Positions 47,271 through 59,338 of a stretch of 64,000 nt of DNA are shown here, one piece after another (position 1 is the stretch's first letter; each line of letters starts with the position of its first letter). A model generated the notes under the pieces. That model had not been told where the DNA came from and made no database searches. It worked only from the letters and a program-made list of their open reading frames with translations. A program made the translations under genes and the position numbers. The stretch lies in assembly GCA_032378655.1 (NCBI GenBank), contig JAVYJS010000006.1, forward strand, positions 13,685-77,684. The letters run 5' to 3'. The stretch comes from Candidatus Arsenophonus melophagi. GTDB taxonomy: Bacteria; Pseudomonadota; Gammaproteobacteria; Enterobacterales; Enterobacteriaceae.

Positions 47271-47847
47271 GTATATCAGAGTTTATTCAAGAATTAGGTA
47301 TGAAAGTATTTTAAATGGCTTATAGTTGGAAAGTCTGTCACAACAATTGCGACAGCACTATATATTCTATATAGCCTTTAATCAGTTAATTGAATCAAGG
47401 CTTATATGAGCATAATCTGATTGTAGATAGACTACATATATCTACAATATTATTTTTGAAGATGACATTCCAATGATATCCTTTTGTCCATTACAAAAGG
47501 CAGCACTACTTATTATAAGTGCAACCCATAGGAAGATCGATATGAGAGTATTGCTGAGTTTTACGTTATTAATTTTTTTTATAACATTGTTATTGGTTAG
47601 AGATTAGAGAGGAAAATGAAGCCATTGAAGTAGAAAATAAAATAAAAGATTTAAAATTGTTTAGTGAAACTATTTTCTATAAAAAATGTACTATCAAAAA
47701 TTTTTAAGACAGTAGATTCTTTATCATTGAACTTAAGCTTTACTGTTCAATTTCAAGACTTCTAATTTTCAGAGAATAGAACTGCTCTAAGCAAGATTTA
47801 GAGCTGCCATGTATCATTAAGTCTAAACATGCACAAGTAGAAAATAT

Positions 47848-49323
47848 ATGATGAAATATCATGATCTTAAAGATTTCATATCCTTTTTAGAACAAAAAGG
47901 AGAACTAAAAAGAATTAGTCATGAAGTTGACCCTTATTTAGAAATAACAGAAATAGCGGATAGAACTCTACGAGCGGGCGGACCGGCGCTACTTTTTGAA
48001 AACCCAAAGGGTTTTACAATGCCAATTCTCTGCAATTTATTTGGTACTCTTGAGCGTGTTGCGATGGGAATGGGGCAAGATAATGTTAAAGTCTTACATG
48101 AAATAGGAAAATTATTAGCATTCCTTAATGAGCCAGATCCACCAACAGGATTTACTGATTTAATTGCAAAGCTACCAAAATTTAAGCATATCCTTAATAT
48201 GCCAACTAAAAGGTTAAAATCATCTAAATGCCAAGAAAAGATTTGGCAAGGTGAAGATGTTAATCTCTTTCAAATTCCTATAATGCACTGTTGGCCAGAA
48301 GATGTCGCGCCGTTAATTACCTGGGGATTAACTGTTACTCAAGGACCTTGTAATGCTCGACAAAATTTAGGCATTTACCGACAGCAGCTTTTAACTAAAA
48401 ATAAGCTAATTATGCGTTGGCTACCTCAACGAGGTGGAGCTTATGATTTTCAGGAATGGTGTAATCAAGATCCCACGAGCCATTTTCCACTTGCAGTAGC
48501 TTTAGGCGCTGATCCTGCGACACTTCTAGCTGCGGTGATGCCTATTCCAAATACTCTTTCTGAATATGCATTTGCTGGATTGTTGCGCGGAAATCGTTCA
48601 GAAGTAGTCAAATGTATTTCTAATGATCTTGAAGTTCCAGCAGGAGCAGAAATAATTTTAGAAGGTTATATTGATCCTACAGAATTAGCTATTGAAGGAC
48701 CTTGCGGAGATCATACCGGTTATTATAATGCAGTAGATAAATTTCCAGTGTTTACTGTTACCCATATAACGCAACGTAATGATGCTATTTATCATTCTAC
48801 CTATACTGGCCGCCCTCCTGATGAACCTGCTATTTTAAGTGCTGCGTTAAATGAAGTATTAGTCCCTATTTTACAAAAAAAATTTCCAGAAATTATTGAT
48901 TTTTATTTGCCGCCTGAAGGATGTTCTTACCGACTTGTTGTTGCGACGATCAAGAAACAATATGCTGGACATGCAAAGCGCATTATGATGGGAATTTGGT
49001 CTTATTTACGACAATTTATGTATACAAAATTCATCATCATCTGCGATGATGACATTAATGCTCGTGACTGGAATGATGTTATTTGGGCAATAACAACGAG
49101 AATGGATCCTGTAAGAGATACCATGATCATAGAAAATACTCCAATAGATTATCTTGATTTTGCTGCGCCAATTTCAGGTTTAGGTTCAAAAATGGGGCTT
49201 GATGCAACTAATAAATGGTCAGGCGAAACACAAAGAGAATGGGGTCGTCCAATAGTTATGACTGAAAAAATTAAAACTAGAATAAATAAAATTTGGAATG
49301 AATTAGATATTTTAAAATCATGA
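47848..49323 (+). CDS. ubiD: 4-hydroxy-3-polyprenylbenzoate decarboxylase UbiD
   Basis: It has long identities with E. coli UbiD: [58 protein letters not shown] and [15 protein letters not shown]. Confidence 0.96.
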   Translation: MMKYHDLKDFISFLEQKGELKRISHEVDPYLEITEIADRTLRAGGPALLFENPKGFTMPILCNLFGTLERVAMGMGQDNVKVLHEIGKLLAFLNEPDPPTGFTDLIAKLPKFKHILNMPTKRLKSSKCQEKIWQGEDVNLFQIPIMHCWPEDVAPLITWGLTVTQGPCNARQNLGIYRQQLLTKNKLIMRWLPQRGGAYDFQEWCNQDPTSHFPLAVALGADPATLLAAVMPIPNTLSEYAFAGLLRGNRSEVVKCISNDLEVPAGAEIILEGYIDPTELAIEGPCGDHTGYYNAVDKFPVFTVTHITQRNDAIYHSTYTGRPPDEPAILSAALNEVLVPILQKKFPEIIDFYLPPEGCSYRLVVATIKKQYAGHAKRIMMGIWSYLRQFMYTKFIIICDDDINARDWNDVIWAITTRMDPVRDTMIIENTPIDYLDFAAPISGLGSKMGLDATNKWSGETQREWGRPIVMTEKIKTRINKIWNELDILKS

Positions 49324-49335
49324 GAGAGGATGTGC

Positions 49336-50037
49336 ATGACGACATTAAGTTGCAAGATAGTGTCTGTTGAAACTATCACAAATACGGTCTATCGTGTTCA
49401 CTTATTACCGAATGGTACCTTTTCTTTTCGTGCTGGACAATATTTGATTGTCATCATAAATGAATCTAATAAGCACCCATTTTCTTTAGCATCCACTCCT
49501 TCAGAAAAAAAGCTCATTGAGCTCCATATTGGAGTATCAGAGTTTAATATTTATGCTAGGACTGTAATGGAACATATTCTTGCGCAAGATAGTATTAATA
49601 TTGATATCCCTCATGGTAAAGCTTGGTTTCGAAAAGGCAGCACAAAACCAATAATTCTTATTGCAGGTGGAACTGGATTTTCTTATACGCGTGCAATTTT
49701 ATATGCTGCATTGGAAGAAAATCCTGACAGAGATATTACCCTATATTGGGGAGGAAGAAAGCTTAAGCACTTATATGATTTAAGTGCTTTGCAATTTCTT
49801 GCAAAGCAATATCGAAATATAAAAATTATTCCTGTAGTTGAACAACCTGGAGCAAATTGGCAAGGAAAGACAGGTACAGTGTTAAGTGCAGTATTAGATG
49901 ACTTTAATTCTCTTAGTAAGTATGAAATATACATTGCTGGACGGTTTGAAATGGCACATATTGCCAGGGAATACTTTTGTAATGAAAAAGGGATGAGTCC
50001 TGAGAATCTTTATGGCGATGCATTCGATTTTATATAA
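49336..50037 (+). CDS. fre: NAD(P)H-flavin reductase
   Basis: MTTLSCKIVSVETITNTVYRV aligns with E. coli MTTLSCKVTSVEAITDTVYRV. FSFRAGQYL, IAGGTGFSY and the C-terminal GDAFDFI are present. The start at Met3 of the track ORF gives 233 aa. Confidence 0.95.
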   Translation: MTTLSCKIVSVETITNTVYRVHLLPNGTFSFRAGQYLIVIINESNKHPFSLASTPSEKKLIELHIGVSEFNIYARTVMEHILAQDSINIDIPHGKAWFRKGSTKPIILIAGGTGFSYTRAILYAALEENPDRDITLYWGGRKLKHLYDLSALQFLAKQYRNIKIIPVVEQPGANWQGKTGTVLSAVLDDFNSLSKYEIYIAGRFEMAHIAREYFCNEKGMSPENLYGDAFDFI

Positions 50038-50554
50038 AAATCACAGAATAAAGTCTGATACTATGTTCTCAATTATCTGATCGAGATTGATGAGCTTTAA
50101 AAGACCAGACAATACTTAGAAACTGAAACGTAGTCAAGCTTGATTATAGTAACTAAAACTTTAGATATACTACGTTTAAAGTAGTCTGAAGTAGCTTTAT
50201 AGAGATAAAGTATTACTATCCAATTATTATTAATTTAATGGACAATATTTAAATCGTGATGAAACTCACTGTTCAAACGAAATCTTTCCAAGATAATGGA
50301 TAATATCCTACAATTACAATAGGTAATTGTAAACCTTATACTTGTCTCATACTTATAATGAGGTTTTTATAGATTACTTCATTATTATGAAGTGTAGTAG
50401 CAGTTTAAGTTTTTAATAGGTCATAACCTAGCCAATATCAATATTTTGTGAGTTTTTGACCAAATAAGTTATACAATGATTATTGTAATACCTGCTTCTT
50501 TCCTACTATGAAATATTGGATAGGAAGAGGATAAGAACTGTATAGGTAAACATT

Positions 50555-50932
50555 TTGAAAAAACAAAAACCTATTAATCTTCAATTAAAAAAAATTTACT
50601 TTCCTATTACTGCAGTTGCTTCAATTTTACATCGCATTTCTGGTGTTATTGCCTTCTTTACGGTTGGTATTTTATTATGGCTATTGGAATTATCGCTTTC
50701 GTCATTGGAAGGCTTTCAATACACGATCAAAATCATGCATAGTTTTTTTATAAAACTCATTATGTGGAGTATATTGACAGTATTGATATATCATATGTGT
50801 AGTGGTATACGTCATATGCTAATGGATTTTGGTTTTATTGAGGAAACTTTTTATGTTGGACGTATTTCTGCTATAGTTGCATTTATAATTTCTGCTATTT
50901 TATCGACTTTAGCGGGGTTGTTTTTATGGTAG
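50555..50932 (+). CDS. sdhC: Succinate dehydrogenase cytochrome b556 subunit
   Basis: KKQKPINLQLKKIYFPITAVASILHRISGV matches E. coli KKQRPVNLDLQTIRFPITAIASILHRVSGV. The only in-frame start is TTG at 50555. Confidence 0.9.
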   Translation: MKKQKPINLQLKKIYFPITAVASILHRISGVIAFFTVGILLWLLELSLSSLEGFQYTIKIMHSFFIKLIMWSILTVLIYHMCSGIRHMLMDFGFIEETFYVGRISAIVAFIISAILSTLAGLFLW

Positions 50933-51270
50933 TGAACGCATCAGCATTAGGTCGTACTGGTATTCAAGATTGGCTATTACTTCGTGCGTCTGCCATTATT
51001 ATTCTCCTCTATACATTTTATATCATAAGTTTTGTTTTAATGACCGAAATCAATTATAATATTTGGCGGACATTTTTTCATTTTTCAATAACTAAAATTT
51101 TTACACTTTTAACCCTTATTTCCGTATTGATACATGCCTGGGTAGGGTTATGGCAGATATCAACTGATTATATTAAGTCAATTACATTGCGATTAGTATT
51201 ACAATTTTTTTTTATTGTAATACTAATGATTTATTTAATTTATGGAACAATAGTGGTGTTGGGAGTGTAA
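50926..51270 (+). CDS. sdhD: Succinate dehydrogenase hydrophobic membrane anchor subunit
   Basis: MVVNASALGRTGIQDW aligns with E. coli MVSNASALGRNGVHDF. 114 aa. It overlaps sdhC by 7 nt. Confidence 0.93.
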   Translation: MVVNASALGRTGIQDWLLLRASAIIILLYTFYIISFVLMTEINYNIWRTFFHFSITKIFTLLTLISVLIHAWVGLWQISTDYIKSITLRLVLQFFFIVILMIYLIYGTIVVLGV

Positions 51271-53034
51271 ATGAAATTACCAATAAGAGAATTTGACGCA
51301 GTTGTGATTGGTGCTGGTGGTGCTGGTATGCGAGCAGCATTGCAAATTTCGCAATTGGGTTTATCATGTGCATTAATCTCTAAAGTGTTCCCGACTCGCT
51401 CTCATACTGTCTCTGCTCAAGGCGGGATCACTGTTGCGTTAGGAAATACTCATGAAGATGAGTGGCAATGGCATATGTATGATACTGTCAAAGGCTCTGA
51501 TTATATAGGAGATCAGCATGCGATTGAATATATGTGCAAAAATGGTCCTGAGGCTGTACTAGAACTTGAACATATGGGATTGCCATTTTCGCGTTTAGAT
51601 GATGGTCGTATTTATCAACGTCCATTTGGTGGGCAATCTAAAAATTTTGGTGATGAGCAAGCAGCTCGAACTGCAGCAGCTGCAGATAGAACTGGGCATG
51701 CCTTATTGCATACTTTATATCAACAGAATTTAAAAAACCATACCACCATTTTTCCAGAATGGTATTCACTAGATTTAGTAAAAAATCAGGATGGTAACGT
51801 AGTCGGCTGTACTGCATTATGCATAGAATCCGGTGAAGCTGTTTACTTTAAAGCTAAAGCTACTATTCTGGCAACCGGTGGTGCCGGTAGAATTTATCAA
51901 TCAACTACTAATGCATATATTAGTACTGGTGATGGAATAGGTATGGCCGTTAGAGCAGGTGTACCGTTGCAGGATATGGAAATGTGGCAGTTTCATCCCA
52001 CTGGAATTGCTGGAGTAGGTATATTGGTTACAGAGGGATGTCGTGGAGAAGGTGGCTATTTACTTAATAAATATGGCGAGCGCTTCATGGAACGTTATGC
52101 TCCAAATACAAAAGATTTAGCTGGTCGTGATGTGGTTTCGCGTTCAATCATGATAGAAATCCGTGAAGGTAGAGGATGTGATGGTCCATGTGGTCAGCAT
52201 GTTCAATTAAAACTAGATCATTTAGGTAAAAAAGTATTGCAATCACGATTGCCAGGTATTCTGGAGTTGTCTAAGACTTTTGCTCACGTTGATCCTGTTA
52301 AAGAGCCAATACCTGTTGTTCCAACTTGCCATTATATGATGGGCGGAGTACCGACAAAAATCACTGGTCAAGCATTGACAATAAATAAAAAAGGTGAAGA
52401 TGTTGTGATTCCAGGATTATTTGCTGTTGGTGAAATTGCTTGCGTTTCTGTGCACGGAGCAAACCGTTTAGGGGGTAATTCATTACTAGATTTAGTAGTT
52501 TTTGGGCGCGCTGTTGGATTACATTTGAAAGCCTCTTTACTGGAACAAGGCTCAATGCGTGATGCTAATGCATCGGATATTGATGCGGCATTAACTCGTT
52601 TAAATCGAACTAATATGCGTAGTGGTGAAGATCCAGTCGCAATACGTAAAACATTACAAAATTGTATGCAACATCATTTTTCCGTGTTTCGTACAGGAGA
52701 TTCTATGGCTAAAGGTTTAGAAGAATTAAAAATTCTTCGTGAACGCTTAAAAAATGTTACTTTAAGTGATACTTCGCAAGCATTTAATACTCAACGTATT
52801 GAATGCTTAGAGCTAGATAATTTAGTAGAAACTGCATTTGCAACTGCAAATGCAGCTAACTTTCGAAAAGAAAGTCGTGGCGCACATAGTCGTTTTGACT
52901 ACCCTAATCGTGATGACACCAATTGGTTATGTCATACATTATATTTACCGAAGTCTAATACTATGACTTGTCGAGCAATCAATATGAAACCTGAATTACG
53001 TGAACCATTCCAACCTAAAATACGTAATTATTAG
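51271..53034 (+). CDS. sdhA: Succinate dehydrogenase flavoprotein subunit
   Basis: The FAD fold is [28 protein letters not shown] (covalent FAD His), FHPTGI and [19 protein letters not shown] are present. 587 aa. Confidence 0.97.
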   Translation: MKLPIREFDAVVIGAGGAGMRAALQISQLGLSCALISKVFPTRSHTVSAQGGITVALGNTHEDEWQWHMYDTVKGSDYIGDQHAIEYMCKNGPEAVLELEHMGLPFSRLDDGRIYQRPFGGQSKNFGDEQAARTAAAADRTGHALLHTLYQQNLKNHTTIFPEWYSLDLVKNQDGNVVGCTALCIESGEAVYFKAKATILATGGAGRIYQSTTNAYISTGDGIGMAVRAGVPLQDMEMWQFHPTGIAGVGILVTEGCRGEGGYLLNKYGERFMERYAPNTKDLAGRDVVSRSIMIEIREGRGCDGPCGQHVQLKLDHLGKKVLQSRLPGILELSKTFAHVDPVKEPIPVVPTCHYMMGGVPTKITGQALTINKKGEDVVIPGLFAVGEIACVSVHGANRLGGNSLLDLVVFGRAVGLHLKASLLEQGSMRDANASDIDAALTRLNRTNMRSGEDPVAIRKTLQNCMQHHFSVFRTGDSMAKGLEELKILRERLKNVTLSDTSQAFNTQRIECLELDNLVETAFATANAANFRKESRGAHSRFDYPNRDDTNWLCHTLYLPKSNTMTCRAINMKPELREPFQPKIRNY

Positions 53035-53070
53035 CGTACAACACTAATAATTTTGTGGAGCAAGTAAATT

Positions 53071-53787
53071 ATGAAAATTGCATTTTCCATTTATCGTTAC
53101 AATCCAGATGTTGATAATTTGCCACGTATGCAAGACTACAGTTTGGATATCGATGAAGGACGTGACATGATGTTATTGGACGTATTAATTCAATTAAAAG
53201 AAAAAGATCCAACGTTAACATTTCGTTATTCCTGTCGTGAAGGTGTTTGTGGCTCTGATGGATTAAATATGAATGGTAAAAATGGTTTATCCTGTGTTAC
53301 ACCATTATCAAAATTGTTGCGCAAGGACAGAAAAATTATAATTCGACCTTTACCAGGTTTACCGGTAATACGAGATTTAGTTGTTGATATAGCTCAATTT
53401 TATACTCAATATGAAAAAATTAGGCCTTATCTAATTAATAACGGTAAGCACTTACCGGTTCGTGAATATTTACAAACTCCAGAACAGCGAGAAAAATTAG
53501 ATGGTTTATATGAATGTATTCTATGTGCTTGCTGTTCAACTGCATGCCCATCATTTTGGTGGAATCCTAATAAATTTATTGGACCTGCTGGTTTATTAGC
53601 TGCTTATCGTTTTTTAATGGATAGTCGTGATACTGAAACTGAGACAAGATTAGACAATTTAAATGATGCATTTAGTGTATTTCGCTGTCATAGCATTATG
53701 AACTGTGTCAGTGTTTGTCCAAAAGGTTTAAATCCAACTAAAGCTATTGGAAATATTAAATCAATGCTATTGAAGCATAGTGCTTAG
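53071..53787 (+). CDS. sdhB: Succinate dehydrogenase iron-sulfur subunit
   Basis: The three Fe-S cysteine clusters are CREGVCGSDGLNMNG, CILCACCSTACPS and CHSIMNCVSVCPKGL. 238 aa. Confidence 0.97.
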   Translation: MKIAFSIYRYNPDVDNLPRMQDYSLDIDEGRDMMLLDVLIQLKEKDPTLTFRYSCREGVCGSDGLNMNGKNGLSCVTPLSKLLRKDRKIIIRPLPGLPVIRDLVVDIAQFYTQYEKIRPYLINNGKHLPVREYLQTPEQREKLDGLYECILCACCSTACPSFWWNPNKFIGPAGLLAAYRFLMDSRDTETETRLDNLNDAFSVFRCHSIMNCVSVCPKGLNPTKAIGNIKSMLLKHSA

Positions 53788-53957
53788 TATAAGTAAGATG
53801 TCCAAGAATACTTCTATTATTGGAAAGAAACTAGACATAAGTTATTTTTAAATTGTTACTGTATATTCTTATAAAGTAAGAAAAAGATTTATTGAATCCG
53901 TCTATAAATAAACGGTACTTTGAATTACGATAAACACTATCGGCTTAAGGGATTATA

Positions 53958-56768
53958 ATGCGCAACAGAGTAATGAAGGACTGGTTAGATTCCAGTTTTC
54001 TAACTGGAGGCAATCAGTCTTATATTGAACAACTTTATGAAGACTACTTAACTGATCCTCATTCCATTAATGCAGAATGGCGAGATATTTTTGAGAAGCT
54101 GGTAGGCACAAACATAAATAATAAAAGCTCACATATTCCAATACGTAAATATTTTCGTTCATTAGCGAAAAGCTTTACAAATCGTCAAATTTTATTTAGT
54201 GATCCGTTATTAGATGTAAAGCAAGTTAAAGTTTTTCAATTAATAAACGCATTTCGTTTTAGAGGGCATCAAAACGCAAATCTTGACCCATTAGAGTTAT
54301 GGAAACAAGAAATAGTACCTGATTTAAGTCCTGCATTTCATGATTTAACAAATGATGATTTTGAAAAAATCTTTAATGTTGGTTCTTTTTCTATTGCTCG
54401 GGAAACAATGACATTAAGCGCACTGTACAGGGAATTAAAGCGTATTTATTGTAATTCCATTGGCGCAGAGTATATGCATATTACCAATATAGAAGAGCAG
54501 CGTTGGATCCAAAATCGCTTAGAACTACCAACATCAATTAGTGAACAATTTAGCAAACAAGAAAAAATTTGTTTTTTATCAGAATTAACTGCTGCTGAGG
54601 GATTTGAGCGCTATTTGGCGACAAAATTTCCTGGCTCCAAACGTTTTTCTCTTGAAGGTGGCGATGCACTCATTCCAATGCTAAAGGATTTGATTCGGTA
54701 TTCAAGTCAACAGGATACTCGGGAAATTGTGTTAGGAATGGCACACCGTGGACGATTAAATGTTTTAGTTAACGTGTTAGGGAAGAAACCAAAAGATCTG
54801 TTTGATGAGTTTGACGATAAGTATCAAGATACTTTAGGAAGCGGTGATGTTAAATATCACCAAGGCTTTTCTTCTGATTTTAAAACGAAAGATGCCTTAG
54901 TCCATTTATCTTTAGCCTTTAATCCATCACATTTAGAAATAGTGAGTCCAGTAGTAATCGGCTCGGTTCGCGCTCGTCGTGACCGTTTAGATAAAGGAAG
55001 TAGTAATACTATACTACCCATTACTATCCATGGTGATGCAGCGGTAATTGGACAAGGGGTCGTTCAAGAAATGCTGAATATGTCTCAGGCTCGAGGCTAT
55101 GAGGTTGGTGGTACAATACGGATTGTGGTTAATAACCAGATAGGCTTTACTACATCTAATCTACAAGATGCACGTTCAACACAATATTGCACAGATATCA
55201 TGAAAATGCTGCAATCGCCAATTTTTCATGTAAATTCCGATGATCTAGAGGCAGTTGTTTTTATTACTAGATTAGCATTAGATTTTCGCAATATGTTTAA
55301 GCGTGATGTCATTATTGATTTAGTTTGTTATCGTCGACATGGCCATAATGAAGCTGATGAGCCCAGTGCTACTCAGCCAATTATGTATCAAAAAATTAAA
55401 AGCCATGCTACGTCTCGTAAACTTTACGCCAATAAATTGATAGCTGAAAAGATAGTTACTAACGATGAAGTAACTAAAATAGTTAATCTTTATCGCGATA
55501 AATTAGATCTCGGTGATTGTGTCGTTGATGAATGGCGTCCAATGGACGATAGCAATTTTCTCTGGAAACCTTATGTAAGTCATAAATGGAGTGATGATTA
55601 TCCTTCTAAAATGCAAAAGCAAAGGCTACAAGATTTAGCTAAAAGGTTGAATACTATTCCTGCGGAGATTGTCATGCATCCTCGAGTAGAAAAAATTTAC
55701 AGTGATCGCCAGGCAATGGCGAACGGTAACAAACTACTTGATTGGGGAGCGGCAGAAACTTTATCGTATGCAACATTAATTAATGACGGGATACAAGTGC
55801 GTCTATCTGGTGAAGACGCTAGTCGAGGTACGTTTTTTCATCGACACGCGGTAATTTATAATCAAACTGATGGTTCAGTGTATATCCCGTTGGCTAATAT
55901 ACGAGAAAAGCAAGGAATATTTAACGTTTGGGATTCTGTTTTGTCTGAAGAAGCAGTACTTGCTTTTGAATATGGTTATGCTTCTACAGAGCCGAAGGTC
56001 TTAACTATTTGGGAAGCCCAATTTGGTGATTTTGCTAATGTAGCTCAGGTGGTTATTGATCAGTTTATTAGTTCTGGCGAGCAAAAATGGGGGCGCATGT
56101 GTGGATTAGTAATGCTATTACCTCATGGTTATGAGGGACAAGGTCCAGAGCACTCCTCTGCCCGTTTAGAACGTTATTTACAATTATGCGCGGAACAAAA
56201 TATGCAAGTTTGTGTTCCATCTACTCCAGCTCAGGTGTACCATATGCTCCGTCGCCAGATACTTTGTAATATGCGACGTCCATTGATTGTTATGTCACCA
56301 AAGTCATTACTGCGTCATCCTCTTGCAGTTTCTACCTTAGAAGATCTCGTTTCTGGTGAATTCCAGAAAGTTATTAGTGAGGTTGATCCAATTCATGCCA
56401 CACAAGTCAAACGTGTAATTTTATGTTCAGGCAAAATTTATTATGAGCTACTTAAACAACGTCGTGAAAACAAACAAAAGAATCTTGCTATTATTCGTAT
56501 TGAACAGTTATATCCATTTCCTAATAAAGATTTAGAAACAGCAATCAAGCCTTATGCGCATGTTCGTGATTTTGTCTGGTGTCAAGAGGAACCCTTTAAT
56601 CAGGGTGCATGGTATTATAGTCAGAATAAAATCCGTGAAGTAATTCAAAAAGCTTCACTAAGTTATTCTGGACGCCCTGCATCTGCTTCACCTGCTGTAG
56701 GCTATGCATCTATGCATCAAAAGCAGCAAAAAGAATTAGTTGATAATGCATTACAAGTACATACATGA
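53958..56768 (+). CDS. sucA: 2-oxoglutarate dehydrogenase E1 component
   Basis: 936 aa, collinear with E. coli SucA. Matching blocks are AEYMHIT, GMAHRGRLNVLVN, VCYRRHGHNEADEPSATQP, and EAQFGDFANVAQVVIDQFISSGEQKWGRMCGLVMLLPHGYEGQGPEHSSARLERYLQLCAEQNMQVCVPSTPAQ. Confidence 0.97.
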   Translation: MRNRVMKDWLDSSFLTGGNQSYIEQLYEDYLTDPHSINAEWRDIFEKLVGTNINNKSSHIPIRKYFRSLAKSFTNRQILFSDPLLDVKQVKVFQLINAFRFRGHQNANLDPLELWKQEIVPDLSPAFHDLTNDDFEKIFNVGSFSIARETMTLSALYRELKRIYCNSIGAEYMHITNIEEQRWIQNRLELPTSISEQFSKQEKICFLSELTAAEGFERYLATKFPGSKRFSLEGGDALIPMLKDLIRYSSQQDTREIVLGMAHRGRLNVLVNVLGKKPKDLFDEFDDKYQDTLGSGDVKYHQGFSSDFKTKDALVHLSLAFNPSHLEIVSPVVIGSVRARRDRLDKGSSNTILPITIHGDAAVIGQGVVQEMLNMSQARGYEVGGTIRIVVNNQIGFTTSNLQDARSTQYCTDIMKMLQSPIFHVNSDDLEAVVFITRLALDFRNMFKRDVIIDLVCYRRHGHNEADEPSATQPIMYQKIKSHATSRKLYANKLIAEKIVTNDEVTKIVNLYRDKLDLGDCVVDEWRPMDDSNFLWKPYVSHKWSDDYPSKMQKQRLQDLAKRLNTIPAEIVMHPRVEKIYSDRQAMANGNKLLDWGAAETLSYATLINDGIQVRLSGEDASRGTFFHRHAVIYNQTDGSVYIPLANIREKQGIFNVWDSVLSEEAVLAFEYGYASTEPKVLTIWEAQFGDFANVAQVVIDQFISSGEQKWGRMCGLVMLLPHGYEGQGPEHSSARLERYLQLCAEQNMQVCVPSTPAQVYHMLRRQILCNMRRPLIVMSPKSLLRHPLAVSTLEDLVSGEFQKVISEVDPIHATQVKRVILCSGKIYYELLKQRRENKQKNLAIIRIEQLYPFPNKDLETAIKPYAHVRDFVWCQEEPFNQGAWYYSQNKIREVIQKASLSYSGRPASASPAVGYASMHQKQQKELVDNALQVHT

Positions 56769-56780
56769 TAAGGATAGAAA

Positions 56781-58028
56781 ATGAGTAGCAGAGACATTCT
56801 TGTGCCTGATCTTCCTGAATCAATTGCCGATGCTACAGTGGCAACTTGGAATAAGAAACTAGGGGATCCAGTAGAGCGCGATGAAATATTAGTGGAAATT
56901 GAAACGGATAAAGTAGTACTTGAAGTACCAGCAGAAGATTCAGGTATTTTGGAATTCATTGCAGAAAAAGAGGGAGCAACTGTTTTATCTAAACAACTAT
57001 TAGGTCGCATAAAACTAAGTGATAGTAAGAGCATTTCAGATGTAATCAAAGAAAAGGCTGAAATCAAAGAGAGTCCAGAAGACTTGGTATCAATGAAACA
57101 TCAAATTGCTAGTTTGGAATCAGGGAATCAAAATGTACTAACACCGGCGGTCCGTCGTTTAATTATAGAACATGATTTAAATCCAGAAGATATCAAAGGT
57201 AGTGGTATAAGGGGTCGTATAGCGCGTGATGATGTTGAGACATACATTAAAAATCAATCAACAGAGAGCAAAAGTATAACCATTAAGCAAAAAAATGATG
57301 TACCTACATTATCATCGATAACTTCTTATCGCAATGAGAAACGCATACCAATGACGCGTTTACGTAAACGTATTGCAGAACGCTTATTAGCAGCGAAAAA
57401 TAATACCGCTATGTTGACCACTTTTAATGAAGTTAATATGAAGGCCATTTTTGATTTACGTAAACAGTATGGTGAAAATTTTGAAAAACGCCATAGTGTT
57501 CGCCTGGGATTCATGTCTTTCTTTATAAAAGCAGTTATTGAAGCCTTAAAGCGTTATCCTGAAGTAAAGGCATCGATAGATGGTGAAGATGTGCTATATC
57601 ATAGTTATTTTGATATTAGTATTGCTGTCTCAACGCAAAGAGGTTTAGTAACTCCAGTATTACGTGATGCCGATACGCTTAGTATGTCAGAAATTGAAAA
57701 ACGCATTAAAGAGTTATCAGTTAAAGGGCGTGATGGGAAATTAACAGTTCAAGAATTAACTGGTGGAAACTTTACCATTACTAATGGAGGTGTTTTTGGT
57801 TCTTTAATGTCAACTCCAATTATTAATCCACCACAAAGTGCAATTTTAGGTATGCATGCTATTAAAGACAGGCCAATGGCAATTGATGGTAAGATCGTAA
57901 TCTTACCAATGATGTATTTAGCACTTTCCTATGATCACCGTTTAATTGATGGACGTGAGTCTGTTAACTTTTTGGTGGCTATAAAGGACCTTTTGGAAGA
58001 TCCAAATCGTTTACTTTTAAACGTTTAA
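56781..58028 (+). CDS. sucB: Dihydrolipoyllysine-residue succinyltransferase (E2o)
   Basis: It has the lipoyl domain ([12 protein letters not shown]), a peripheral subunit-binding domain ([11 protein letters not shown]) and the catalytic motif [10 protein letters not shown]. Confidence 0.96.
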   Translation: MSSRDILVPDLPESIADATVATWNKKLGDPVERDEILVEIETDKVVLEVPAEDSGILEFIAEKEGATVLSKQLLGRIKLSDSKSISDVIKEKAEIKESPEDLVSMKHQIASLESGNQNVLTPAVRRLIIEHDLNPEDIKGSGIRGRIARDDVETYIKNQSTESKSITIKQKNDVPTLSSITSYRNEKRIPMTRLRKRIAERLLAAKNNTAMLTTFNEVNMKAIFDLRKQYGENFEKRHSVRLGFMSFFIKAVIEALKRYPEVKASIDGEDVLYHSYFDISIAVSTQRGLVTPVLRDADTLSMSEIEKRIKELSVKGRDGKLTVQELTGGNFTITNGGVFGSLMSTPIINPPQSAILGMHAIKDRPMAIDGKIVILPMMYLALSYDHRLIDGRESVNFLVAIKDLLEDPNRLLLNV

Positions 58029-58162
58029 AGCACTAAATTAAAGTGGAGTTATGTACTTATGCTACAGCGTAAAGCTTGTTTTAATTTTTTTATTGACAAA
58101 TCATTTTAAATGTTTAAAAAATATTTTACGTCTCAGTTAGGCTAAATTATGGATATAGCATC

Positions 58163-59335
58163 ATGAACTTACACGAATATCAAGCAAAGCAGCTGCTTGC
58201 ACAGTATGGTTTATCAGTGCCTATAGCTTATGTTTGTAAAACAGTAGAAGAGGCTGAACATGCTACAGAAAAATTAGGTCATGGTCCTTGGATAGTAAAA
58301 TGTCAGATACATGCTGGCGGTCGAGGCAAAGCAGGTGGAGTAAAAGTTGTTAATAATCGGAAGGAAATCCAGCTATTTGCTGAAAAATGGCTAGGAAAAC
58401 GCTTAATAACTTATCAAACTAATACAAAAGGACAGCTTGTTAATCACATTTTAGTAGAAGCAGCAACTGATATTGATAAAGAACTTTATTTGGGGGCGGT
58501 AGTAGATCGTACCGTTCATCGCATTATTTTTATAGCATCTACTAATGGTGGTATTGAAATTGAAAAAGTAGCAGAAAAAAATCCAGAATTAATTCATAAA
58601 GTTACTATTGATCCATTAACTGGCCCTATGCCTTATCAAGGTCGTGAACTTGCTTTTAAGTGCGGCTTGAATGAAACTCAAGTTGAGCAGTTTAGCAAAA
58701 TGTTTATTGGATTAGCTAAAATTTTTATTGAGCGTGATATGGCGTTAATTGAAATTAATCCTCTAGCCATAACTAAGCAAGGTAACTTAATTTGTTTAGA
58801 CAGCAAACTTAGCGTTGATAGTAATGCACTATATCGCCAAATAGAATTACAGAAGTTACATGATCCTTCTCAGGAAGATCAACGTGAAGCACACGCAGCA
58901 GAATGGAAATTAAACTATGTTGCATTAGATGGTAACATAGGCTGTATGGTTAATGGTGCTGGGTTAGCCATGGCAACTATGGACATTATTAAGTTACATG
59001 GTGGTGCTCCAGCTAATTTTCTTGATGTTGGTGGTGGAGCTACACGAGAACAAGTAACAGAGGCTTTTAAAATTATTTTATCTGATAAAAATGTTAGGGC
59101 TATTTTAGTTAATATTTTTGGTGGCATTGTTCGCTGTGATTTAATTGCTGATGGTATCATTAGCGCAGTTAAAAAAAGTGGAGTAAAAGTACCAGTGATT
59201 GTGCGTCTTGAAGGTAATAATGCGACGTTAGGAACAAAAAAGTTAGCGAATAGTGGTCTAAATATCATAACGGCAACATACTTGCCAGATGCGGTAGAAA
59301 AAGTAGTAGCAGTAGCAAAGGCAGAGGCAAAATAA
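58163..59335 (+). CDS. sucC: Succinate--CoA ligase [ADP-forming] beta subunit
   Basis: The motifs are [57 protein letters not shown] and [10 protein letters not shown]. Confidence 0.97.
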   Translation: MNLHEYQAKQLLAQYGLSVPIAYVCKTVEEAEHATEKLGHGPWIVKCQIHAGGRGKAGGVKVVNNRKEIQLFAEKWLGKRLITYQTNTKGQLVNHILVEAATDIDKELYLGAVVDRTVHRIIFIASTNGGIEIEKVAEKNPELIHKVTIDPLTGPMPYQGRELAFKCGLNETQVEQFSKMFIGLAKIFIERDMALIEINPLAITKQGNLICLDSKLSVDSNALYRQIELQKLHDPSQEDQREAHAAEWKLNYVALDGNIGCMVNGAGLAMATMDIIKLHGGAPANFLDVGGGATREQVTEAFKIILSDKNVRAILVNIFGGIVRCDLIADGIISAVKKSGVKVPVIVRLEGNNATLGTKKLANSGLNIITATYLPDAVEKVVAVAKAEAK

Positions 59336-59338
59336 GCA

